Positions 14,001 through 26,000 of a stretch of 64,000 nt of DNA are shown piece by piece. The first letter of the stretch is position 1; every line of letters begins with the position of its first letter. Under the pieces are notes generated by a model. It did not search any database. It was given only the letters and a program-made list of their open reading frames with translations, and was not told where the DNA came from. Origin of the DNA: Raillietiella orientalis (lineage: Eukaryota); the NCBI GenBank assembly GCA_036172245.1, contig JAYWIR010000005.1:2790001-2854000 (forward strand). The letters are read 5' to 3'. The position numbers and the translations under genes were made by a program.

Positions 14001-17000
14001 TATTTCGTAGGTACCTTCAAGTGCCTTAAGCAATCACAGATATCTCAGGAGCAGACATCCTAATTTTTTTGATTGACACTATGAAGATGGTATTTGTCTC
14101 CTCAGTATGACTTAGCATTTCTTCGCCCACAAGTCATTTGTCGTCCAGATGGGCAGCTACAGATGTATTGCACCTTTGCGTTCGATGCCGCCGTAATTTC
14201 CAACGCAATTTCTTCGCGACTTTGAAGACCAATGGTGAGATTGGGATGGAACGATCCATCTTTGTTCCATGTGCTGTCGGTTCCCCGTATCCTCCTCCTA
14301 CTCAAAAGTTTTATTCTTCTTCCCACAGAAGATATACAGCCAGTCTCAGCAGGCCTTTTTATCCTATCGACTTGCCGTTTTTCAGAGGTGGACTTCAGGA
14401 GAAAATCGCTTGCGTGAAGCCCTCTTGGGCCATGAGCGGCGAGAACGAATCTGGCTGCAATAGGGAGAATAATTTCTTCCTGGTAAATCTTCTGATGCTT
14501 CTGATGCGGAGCATATGAAGGAGAATCGGATAGAGAGGGATTTCTGGAGTGGTGGACTTTTCGATTCCTGCTAAGTACAAATCAGGAATTGCGTTCTGAA
14601 AAATCGGGCAAAGGAGAATCGGCTCTGCCAGAGCAGGCATCTGCTTGAAAGCTCGAAGCAGAGACACAGAACTTCCAGGATACGAGGCATGAGATTTGAT
14701 GGATGAAATGAAGGATGCACGAGTCCATCTTCCTCAAGGGGAGGTTCCGATATTTGCTTTGCGCTCTATCCAGAAATCTCGGTGGGAAAACGAAAGTTGC
14801 AATCAGCAGGTACACAACGTGCATTTGCAGGAGTAGTGTTTTTCTTTGACTCAAATCATTCCAGCCCGTGACCCATGGTTGCAGGTGAAATTCGTGATTA
14901 AGGTCATAGTCCGTGCGGTCGTTATTTTTCTAAATGGGTAGACGTTCCTACGCAAGAGCCATGATTACTTTAACCCGAGCTGCTCTTTCAGACTCATAAT
15001 GCCAGCTTTCTTTAGAATGTCTTCTTGCTGTCCTGCCTAGCAAAGACATCTACTGTTACTCCAATTACAAGCCATATCCCAATACAGGGATGAATAATGC
15101 TGTCATGGCAACCGTCTCCAGATCCGATTGAACTTTCAAATAGAGAATACAAGCACAGGGATTGCGAGTTCCGAATCTTCTACTGTCATAGGCAGTTTCA
15201 TTTTTGAAAACGAAGGATTAGAATTTCCTACTTCGGTGCCTGGGGTTCCTCTGTGGGTGTCCGCCTCTTACAACAACGAAATGATGTGTCTTCCATCTTC
15301 GCTAAGCTCTGAGCACACGAGTAGAATCCAGTTTCGTGTCATCTCTCCCCCCGGGGCTCAGATTCATAAACGCAACCAGAATGCGAACCAATTAATTTGC
15401 TTTCATTTTGTGATTCACGAGGGATTACTTATTATCGAATCACTGTCTCCTTTTGTTTTCTCTTTGTTCTCCTGCATTTCTTCCTGTTCACACATGCACT
15501 TTCCAAATCGAACTTTGGAAACCATCCTTCATAGTCTCCCTGATACTTACAACTAAGATGCTGAGCAGTTGCTGATATGTGAAGTCAAACTCTGTTCCTG
15601 CAGTTCATGTCTCTATGCAGCAGAACGCTGCCTGAAGAGAAGGGAAAATATTTTGCTCCTCTTAGCAAAGTGCATGGAAGGAGAAGTCGAATGCTCCCAT
15701 CTTTAACTCGTACATGCAGTGCCTTCTGTTGTTCTCAGATGCACAAGCGAGAGAGAATTCTCCGTCCAAGAGTTGTCGTCTCGAGAGCTCTTGAACAGAG
15801 GATTCTCGAAAGAAGAACGGAACCATCAACAAAATTGATCTGCCTCTCATTTTAACGAGCTCCGTGCCAGTGGTCTCCTAGATGGATGCGTCAATATGGC
15901 TGCAAGAATCCCGAGTAGCATTGAGGATTCTCACGTGATCAAGAAGGATCTTTCGCGTTCGACAGAAACCACTGTGCAGGTCTACATCTCTCGACCTTCC
16001 CTGTTCCAAAGACCTCTGAAGACGAGTAAACGAATCGGCTTTAGCAAACTGCAAACAAAGGTGATCCAACCCGCGCCAATACGGTTTCAGACAGTCTGTT
16101 ATTTCTTTTCTACAGCAACGCCTGTCAACATCCATTCATCTTGCGAGAGTGCAGGCATCTGAAAAGTACCTAGACTTCCGCTTACAACGATTTTCTATCA
16201 GGCCGCAACAGAGATACTCAAGAAATCATCGATTCGTAAAAAAGTTCCGAAAAATAAATTTTACATTTTACCGACAAACGAAGGTCGGTCCCCACTTCGG
16301 CGCTGTCCTGTACAACTATTTCTCCCAGCAGCGGAGCACTGTTCGCTGTATTCGCCTCCACCACCGCTGTCTGCTCCCTGATGCATTTTAAACCTTTGTG
16401 AACACGGGCATCACTCCAAGGTGGATGAATACCTTTCTGGTGCATCCGCAACGCGAGCATCCGACGACTTGTCCTGGGAGGGAAGGATATGCAATCGAGA
16501 AGTCGACAGCGCGCTTCCCATGCAATTCGTAGCCTCGCAGGCGTAAGATCCCAGGTAGGTGGGGTCATTTTTTAAAGCATAAATGTCCCCTGCTTTGATC
16601 TCACTGCCATCCTTAAACCATCTTAAAAAGGGGGTCGGGTTGCCGATAACTTTACAGTTCAGCGATACATCTCCTTGAGAATTTACAACAGCTTCCAATT
16701 CCTTTAAGAATCTCGGTTTCTCATATCCTTTCGGTACTGAAATGATGCAAATGAGAATGAGCACTTTTGCAAGGTGTCTGATTCGCATTAGACAGCGACG
16801 TCAACGCCGAGGTTGCGGGAAAGGGGTGAACCGGGTGAATACGAAGGCAAGACTCAAGTTTCATCACCAGCGCTCGACGGTTCGTGCTGCCTGAGGAAAA
16901 CATGACGGCCTGAAGCTGTTGCTAGCTCTCTTCGGATACCACACACATCTGCGGCCAAATGATGAAAATGGAAACACCAGTAGTACAGTAAAAGACACGG

Positions 17001-20000
17001 AATCGGGACCGGAACGGGTTAGTTGCCATCATAACATGAACGCCGGAGCGCATCACTGAAGGCAATGTGCACATAGAGAGAACGCAGAATGCATTCGGGT
17101 ACTTTGGCACCATCTATCATTCTACTTCAAGAATCGTTGCCTGTAGAAGAAGTTTACCCTTTTACTCAAGCTTTATCGAACATTCAGTAAACGTCCTATT
17201 TGAGACAAAGTGCCAGTAGCTTGTGGTTCAATACCGAATGACTACTTCACCTTGATTCAAGCGTGAGACTTCGAAATGTCAAGAGCACTTTTGGTCATCA
17301 CGTCTTAGAACAAATTTTTAGAGAGATTTCTATGACAGACAGCAGTCTTTAGAGAGAGTGGAAAGCCAGGTATCTTTGAAAAACATGACAGATGCAAACG
17401 TGATCGGGAATCCAAGTTTTCACTGTGATGATCGCTGACCCGTCTTCCGTGTTTTTCACCCTGACCAAGATTCCATGTTTTGAATCTTGGTCACGGTCAC
17501 GAAGGCTCAGTGTTCCTTTTTGTTCGTGAAGCTTTTGGATGCAATTAAAGTCCTTCAATGCAGAAGAATCCTTAGAGTAGCAGGAGCTGGTCGCAGCTCT
17601 ACTACTCGGATCGTCACTTTGCGTGGAGTAATTATAATGAAGTGTCGTCTTATCATGCTGAAATTGTAGTTATTTTGCTGACATACCACGTTATCACGTG
17701 AAAGTATTACGTCAGCATGTAGGAATGTCAAGCGGTTCTGCTAAAACATCATGCTGTGATGAAGTATTCCGTATTTTGTCCACGTATTTGCTATCGAACC
17801 AAAGCATCACGTCACTTCGTTGCAAATGACATAACTGTGCTGCAATGACGACTTGCCTTGCTTAAAACAACTTGAGCCTTAGTCTTAGAGGGTTACTGTT
17901 TCAAGAATCTCTCTCGGAGTGCACTTGTCGTAGCCTCTTAGAGTCCAGGGTGCGTGGAACCGTTTCCTAGAGGCTGCGGACGCACGCATCTTGGATCGGC
18001 CTTGGTAAAATCTTCGGGATCATCTTTCTTTGGACTGAATCACTTTTTCGAGGTGAAAGTTTATCGACCTCCAGAGGACCTGTTGCTTCCGAAATACTCG
18101 ATTATTTCATATGCTCAACCCGACTTCTAAAATATCCAGACTAATTTCCGGAACACGCAATTCGATTTTCCAAGATATTTAGCTCTTCCTTTCGGGTTCT
18201 CGATTCCATTTTTTCAAAAAATAGTGAATTCGGTTTTCCAAATGTCTCAGTCTATTTTCAAAACCTCGAATACCATTTTTCATTATCTTCGAATCTATTT
18301 ACGGATGTTCAATTGTGTTTCCAAAATATTGAGCGTTTTGACAAATTCTCTTCGGTTTCAGAAAGAATGGAACCTTGTCTTGAGAATCGATGCTGGAGAT
18401 CGACTTTCTGACATGTCGGAGTAAAGTCATTATGACAAAGCGTGCCAACATCTCAGGCACGCGCCAAATGAGTTCCCATACGCGGTGTTTTCGAACACGC
18501 CATCTCGGCCGATCTTTGCGCAACGGGCACCCGTCTCACGTAGAGGAAGCCACCTATGGAGTCATGGACCCGTTGAGAAGTGGAGAGGGCAAGATCTCAC
18601 CGTTCCAGAGATCGGGAATGAAGGAGCACCACAGGGATGCTTTCCAAGGCCGATGAATTTCACATTATTCGTTGTGCTGATCAGTTTAAATTATTTCTAT
18701 TTCAAAAGGTCTAGTTGCCAAGGAAGAAATTCCGTAGAAACTCTTGCCCAAGTTCGAAGCCTCGGTTGCTTGATTGATGCTGACAGCACGTAATGGCAGT
18801 TGCAGTGTCTCATCCGAGCATCCATGCCCTATTCTTTCGACCTTCTCTCGGTAACTTCCATCGTGCCAATCCCAAAGATGTAACTCAAGCTTGCCATTGA
18901 AACTGAACAGCAGATTCGCAGCCTCCAGAGTTGAACCGAACCGCAGAAGTAAAATGGTGTTCAGAAGTCTAACAGATATGAACGAAGACAGACAAAAGAC
19001 AAAGTGTAGACAAGAGTGTTTTCACCAATTGACATCAGCAGGCATTCACAGAGAAAAACTGGCCAAGGATGGACCATGGATTCGATTTGATTTCGGATGA
19101 AGAGAACCAAGAAAGCAAGAAGAATCTAAAAATTTTAGCAAGAACACAGCGAAGAATCATTGAGATTAAACGGGAAGACGTGCACTGTGTACTCAAAGGA
19201 ACTGAGTGCAACGAAAGCTGGGGAACACTCCTCGATTCAAAAGTCGCTTTGGGGGCCATTTTACGAGTTTGTCCTAACTTCGTGACTTCTGCCTGAGAAA
19301 GTTGAAAAAGGAAAACACATGCACATCCTTTTTTAGTTTTCATAAGGTTTTGAGTAGTCGAATACATCAAAGATGCTGAAGACAACTTCCTGAAGATGTC
19401 CGCATCCATGTCCGAATCACTCCCACTCTATGTGGATTATGAAACAGCGCTTTGATGCAAACTATGAAGAAAGCCATTTCCAGTTTACGAGTTCCTCTTC
19501 GTTGCTTTGATTTATTCCATTAGAAAGAACAGTAAAACGCATTCATATTTGTGAAACGAAGATGAGGATGGGTGGAAGGAACAGTTTCAATAGCTCACTG
19601 CATCCAAGCAACATGGATAATTTCTGCTTCATTTTCCAGAAAGCGAGACATATCCAAAAATGAAAACTGGCTACAGGAATTCTTCCTCGAAACCGATTCT
19701 CAGTTTCGAACTTGAGATGACCTCCTTTAGTAAATCCCAAAGTTCTTCGTCATGCCAAGTGTGCACGTCAATGCGCCGTGCAAAATACCCTCTCCAGGAA
19801 CAACGAACAAAATTGATTCATAGCAATCCCTGCGGCACTGGGCAGCATCAAGGACCAACTCACGTGTTGCCCAGGTGTTTTATTTCTTTTGACGTTTGAT
19901 TTTGCGTTGATGGGTTCATCCACGCTAAATTCGCACGATGGGAATACGCAAACCATCGAAAGACATGGGTTCATGTTTTGCTACTAGCTCTTGCAAATGT

Positions 20001-23000
20001 TTCTCAGAGATACACTTTCCTCCTATTAGTTATGCTGCTTCTGTAGCTGAAATATCGTATTTATTCGAAGTGCAAGTCTGATCACTGTGATGAAAAACCA
20101 ACTGCATTGGGATGGATGAGTTCCAGGACACTTTCTCTCCCTCTCAGAGCTGATTTGATCCTCCGAAAGCAGCTCTGGATCCCAGAGAAAACAACTCAAG
20201 CATCCTCTTGACGAGTACTTTCCATTCTAGGATGATGACTCTTGCAAATCTTCCACCAGATTTCAGTGTCTGGGAAAGTTGTGTACGTTTGTTTGGCGGA
20301 AAGATTCCTGGAGTAACTCCTTGCTACTCAAATAAAACAGAAGACTTCTTGCGTTTGTATAATCCTCTGGGTGTTTCTCGTTCTCTGCTAGCGCTTGCTT
20401 TCTGACATTCGACCATTGAAAGTCCCTCAATTCCTTCTGGAGCAGCTTTCCACTCTACGGAAGATGCGTCGCTGAGAATCGGGACTTTTGTTAACTGTTG
20501 CGTTTTCCACATTTCAAGAACGTTCCTCCTTCTTGACACTGAGGTCAAGAAGGGAGAGTTGCGATTTCCTTTACTTGGACTTTTCCTTCACCTTGCCGCG
20601 CGGTAGCATCTGCCCGGATAGTGCAAGAAATCGAACTCGCCTCCTTCTCTCGCTAAACCTGGAGATGCTTCGCCGAATGTGCTGGTCCTGATTTTCGTTT
20701 AGCCTCGTGCGATCCGGGTTTCAATTATGCCGAATCTTGCTGTTTTTTTTCTTTTCGTTTCCCTCTTGCAGCTCCTTCTAAACAAATTTCCGGAGCTTTG
20801 AATTCTATGTCCTTGCTACGTGGAATCTATTCCATCTTTCGCAGGTGTTACGTTTGGAATTTCTATTGCTCCAGGGTCAGCAATGCAGCTACAGTGAGTT
20901 ACCGGTGCTACGTAGACATGCGTCATGCGCAAACTCTGGGAACTACGAGTACATCTTTAGGCTTGCAGGGTAACGCGTATTAATGGGGAGCTCTGCGTAC
21001 AGCACCACTCACCTATCACAGTCATAATGCAGGATGTTTCGGTTTCGGAAGAACCGTTGCTCACGACACATTTCCAATTGCCTCCGTCTCCGGAAATCAC
21101 ATTCTTGATGAGCAGTGAGCATCTGGGTTGTTCCTGAACTATTTGGAACCTTTCTGTGTTATGGATGAGGCTACCATTGTGGAACCAGTTGGCCTAAGAA
21201 AAAAAAGTGCGATCAGAATCTTGCTGATAAGTGAAAGCACCAAAGCACTGGCTATCTTCTTCGCTTGATGGTTTAAATAGACAAACTCCCCACGATCTCA
21301 CCGAAGGCATACACTACACTTCCCCATCTCGGAGGATTTGTCGGAGTCGCCGAAGACGAATGCTCAGCGAGATGCAGACACCTATAGCTGACTGTGGTTC
21401 CTGACGACTTCAGAACAACCGTGGCAATTGAAAAAAATGAGATTGCGTTAACGCGAATTGCTCCAGACGAGAGCACGTGAGAAACCACCAACCCAAGACT
21501 GACTTTGACAGTGACTAGCAAACGACTGAAGTCTAAGTGATCTCGAAGGAGTTGGGCTGGATTTCCAAGACACCCAATCGATCATGGCTGCAACAAGAAT
21601 TGGTGGTATGCCCTTTAGATTGCAAAGAGAATGGGATGCGATCTCGGAAGACAAACTCATGAGAATCAGGAGAACCAGAAGCGAGGTTACGTGGTTCGGA
21701 GCAATTAGCCGCTAATCCATTCTTTGAAGACACCTTTGTGGCAGGAATGGATCCACAGAACAGATTCAACGCTTTGTGTTATCGAGTGTAAATGATGTAA
21801 GCTTCATTCCACCGACTGCTTCCACGAAACAGATCTCAAACTCTTTCAGAGGCGATGCTTCTTGCAGTAGTTCTAAGTAATTCCCTCTCAAGTAAGGAAG
21901 TCTTTGCTTGATTCGATCGTGAAGAATTGAAATGGTTGAGATGAATTATGAGAACGGCATGAGCATTTCTGAGTTCAGAATGCTTCTAAGGAAAGCTGGA
22001 GGAGAGAAAAGGTTGAAGCCACTGACACTGAACAAGTGTTTTGTTTCATAAGAAGCCTAAATGACACTTGAATAGAACAACCTAGAATGGACTATCTTAA
22101 TTTTAGTGCACCGTGCACTAAGAACGTGCTTTTCATCTCATATGAGATCATCCCAACCTGCTGCTATCCGAATCCACGGCTTTCGAGAGAAAGGGCCAGA
22201 CGCTCTTGACTTGGTTCGATGATTTCAATGAGAAGAACAAGCAATGTTATTCACGATTTAGCTTCCAGAAGTAATACTGGATGGACGGTGGAATCCATGA
22301 GGATGGGAAATTCCCCATTTCAGAATCATCCTACTCTTCTCCTCTTCCAGGGATTGCTTACCGCTGGCCCAACCGATGTAGCCAGTCTATGTCTCTTGCA
22401 AGCTGGATGTTCCAAGCACTCCATCATGTGTAGCGTCTGTTGCCTGGCTGTAGAATCCTCTGGTCCCAGACCCACGGGGTTCGTTCTCAGAAATGTAACT
22501 TCGTCGGATGCGTGGAGATGTCGAATCATTCCGCTGCATGCCCGTCACGATGCCATTCTGTTTTAGGCTGTTGAGGAGAACTGAAGCTGCTGCTAATCTC
22601 TGGGTTTCGCGAGACATTTTGCGTTCGTTGGCCACTCTTAACCACGGTACATCCCTTGTTTATGGGAACCTGACCAGAAGCGCGCTTTCGAGCTTTCGCT
22701 GAGCAGGACAACCGGCGGATTCCACGGGTCCGGTCCAGCGCCTCGTCCCATCAAAGAACAGGCACTTAGGAGACGATGGAAATCGGAATCTGTCGACAAG
22801 GCGAGGAGCCCAAATAAAGGGGACGAAAGCCTTATGAATGGCGATTCGATGAACCCATTTCTAAGTGCGCAACAGCTCTTTTGGCTTTTCTCTGTAATCT
22901 TCGGGAAGCTCCAAAGAACTCGTGGAGCCCGCAAGCAGTCGCAGAGAAATTCATCGATACGCCCTTGGCACTCTCCGACGGGGATCCGCACGCTTTTTGG

Positions 23001-26000
23001 AATCCTCGATCCCTTCGCGATTTTTACAAGCGTGGAGATCACGTGGCCTTCCTTTGGGTAATCCCGAAAAAATCTCTGCTCATGGAACTCGGAGTCCACG
23101 CCTTCAGATTCTTGGAACCCCACCCTTCCATTCTACCAATGGGAAAATGATTTTCAGTGAGGGGCGCGAAACGATGGTTAGAAGGGCAGTCCAGCTTCGG
23201 AGCTGCCGGAAGGGCACCCGGGTAGTCGTGTCGCAGGACAAGACTTGTTTCGGTGGTCAGCCAACGCGGCTGCTCCGATCATCGGAACGGAGAAGCCCAG
23301 AGACCGATGAGAATTCTCACACGACTGCGTCGGTAACTGCGAAGATTACCTGGACGCTGGTGGGGGGCTTCATCTCCACATGCAGCTGGACGGAAGAACC
23401 GATTTTAACGGTTCTGTCCTGCAGTGCTTCCAGAATTTCCGGACCTTCGCACTGCATTTTTAGCCTCCGGACGGGTGCTGGCAGAGTCACCTGTGGGACG
23501 AACCACGTAAACGACCGTTAGCTTCAGAAAGACGGCCCCGAGGAGTCTGGTCCTCTCAACTGCTAAATGGACTGCATCCGCTTCCACCGTGGATCCATGT
23601 CCTGTCCTGAAAAGGATAGAAGTTCCAAGAAAGTCCACAAGGAGCGCTTCAGGGAAGTGGAGGTGTTTTCGAAGAGTCGGGTCGCGAACGGCGGACTGTC
23701 ACGGATACGTTCATCCAGATACTGGCCTTCCAAAAGCCTCTTCTGCAAACACATCATGGGGGCCGTGATCGCTGGTAAGTGCTTTAGCGCAATGTGGCAG
23801 TGGTCAGTCTGAGATGAGGAACCCTCTCGAAGGAATCTATTTATTGCTCTTCCGTGTAAGCAGAGTCTTTTTGCTTTGCTTAGCAACAGTGCGGAAAATA
23901 CTGTGTCCTGTTCTTTGCACTCCGTTCATGCACGTTTTTTTTTTTTTTTTGGCAGCCTTGGAAACCCCATTTAGTTACGAGAATGCTCTGGTGGAAGATT
24001 TTTATGACTTTCTGTGTCTCTAGGAGAAAATCTAGTCAATTAAGATGCCAATAGAGCTAAGACAATGTTAGCTATTTATTTATGCATTTCGCATGATGTT
24101 GTTGCATCAGTCCCACTCTTTATACCCTTCGATGCCATCCAGGTGTCTCTCATCCAGATGCTTTGTATTTGGATTCAGGTTCCGAGCAGCGATTGCGTGC
24201 ATTTTTCATTTTCAGTTGGGAGATGCGCCATCCCTTTCCTTTGTCTTCGAACTCCTTTATTTGCGACGCTCACCAGAGCAAGGGAGCGAAGATTTCTTTA
24301 CTGCTCTTGAAAGCAGCTAAAGAGCCGCTGGTTTGGCATCGGCTTCGCTTAACCCTTCCATCTCATTACTTGCACCAACATGCAGCAGTTTGTGCTAAAC
24401 GAAGGACGGCTTCTTTTCCGTCTATTTGCCCGTTCTTCCTGCCCTGCTGTAAACACGTGCCTCACGATTCCCGGTTTCCTTCCTATCCAAACTGAATCAT
24501 GATCCCTCTGATTTGATTGAGCCCTCTACAACGAACCGATGCATCAAAATTCCGAGCACCACAATAACATACCACCATCACGGTATTCCGACCGACGTAC
24601 TCTTATCAATCATTTCGATAACCAATTACTCGCGCTCACGATCATTCCTTCCCTGAAGACATTATTTTACTAAAATGAAATGCAAGACGAATTAAAGGTT
24701 AGGTCGAAACTAACTGAGAGATTCCGGGAACCTTCCAACCCGTCCATCTTCCTTGTCCTATAACTAATGCTTGTACTTTCTAACCAACTGCTCCTCCTCA
24801 ATCATGAGATCAAGCTCACGAATGCTATGTACAGAGTAAGCAACTCTTTTCGGCAGTCCGCTTCTTTCCCTTCCTTTCCTTCTGCCTGAACCTTATCCTT
24901 CAAATCTTGGTGCTTGGGATCTCCCAAAGACGTTCAGAACGCGAGAAAATTCACAGATACGCCTCCGCGTATGTCCTGGGTCTGCGTCTTGTTCCTTCCA
25001 AGCAAGGAACTTCTCGGAGCAAGTAAAGTTCACACGGAAGACATATTTTGATTCCATACTCTTCCCTGTGCACAGTCTGCACGTCGTCGCAATGTCGTTC
25101 GGGATCGACGGAATTTATTAAACTCAGCATTTCAATCTGATGAACGCAGGTGGCAGAAATACTTGGAATTCTCCGCCTGAGGCGGAAAAGCTGCCGCCTC
25201 CCAGCATGATCAGCTGCTTTGAATTTTAGGCGAAGAAACCCATCCTTCTGGGTAAAAGTTCTTGAAGCTCGATCTTTCCGTCTGGCAGGGCAAGGAAACT
25301 GATGAGGTTAAGACGGATCAGAGAAGGGAATCCGACACTCGATTTCCTCCTCCTCTTCCCCCATCGGGGCCCTCTTCGCCACTGCTTCGTCCTGAAGATT
25401 CCAGACTTTGGCAGCCGATGGATCTTCGCGTTCTCCCTTTCTGTCAAGCTGCGTTATGCAAGGGCACTTTGAAGAGCACGCACCAGTACTTGCTGCAAGA
25501 CCGATGACATTCACAAATGTCTTGTGCTGTTCTGAACGCGTACTGCAAACTTCGCAATTACGTCGAACGTTCTCGTACACATGCCGATCATGCGTACTAT
25601 TTCTGACTTGAATGCTGAACTGAAGAGACTGTATCCAGCTCGCCGAAGATTAGAGTCTCTTGACATTTCTAACGCCTTATCTTGTCTGAAGAGTTCGGTC
25701 TCTTTCCGCCCAATCTTCTCAACCCAATCGTTTAAACAAGGGCCTTTCTCCATCCCTCCGTTACCAGAAAGTCACGAGCCGCCACCTTTCCTCTTGCCTT
25801 ATTCGCTTTCCACATCCGCGTTGTGGCTAGTCTTTCCTTCCTTGATCCTTGCTTCTCATCCCCCTCACTCCCCCCACCCTTAAGATACCAGTCGTTGCGG
25901 TGGTGTGAGATCCATCGACCCTCGCGATCACCACGACGGCGCAACAGTGGGGAGCAGCGACCCCCTCACGAAAGAACATCCTCTTCATAGCGAATGAAGA

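Noticed and set aside
20080..20160. C/D-box snoRNA-like pattern (GTGATGA ... CTGA with GATCA/TGATC flanks)
   Set aside because: Antisense to the host gene and no rRNA-complementary guide recognised; such short motifs arise by chance.
22638..23521. ORFs 22638..23123 (-) and 22922..23521 (+)
   Set aside because: Intronic or antisense to the real Ig 1 exon; no domain or transposase/RT motifs.
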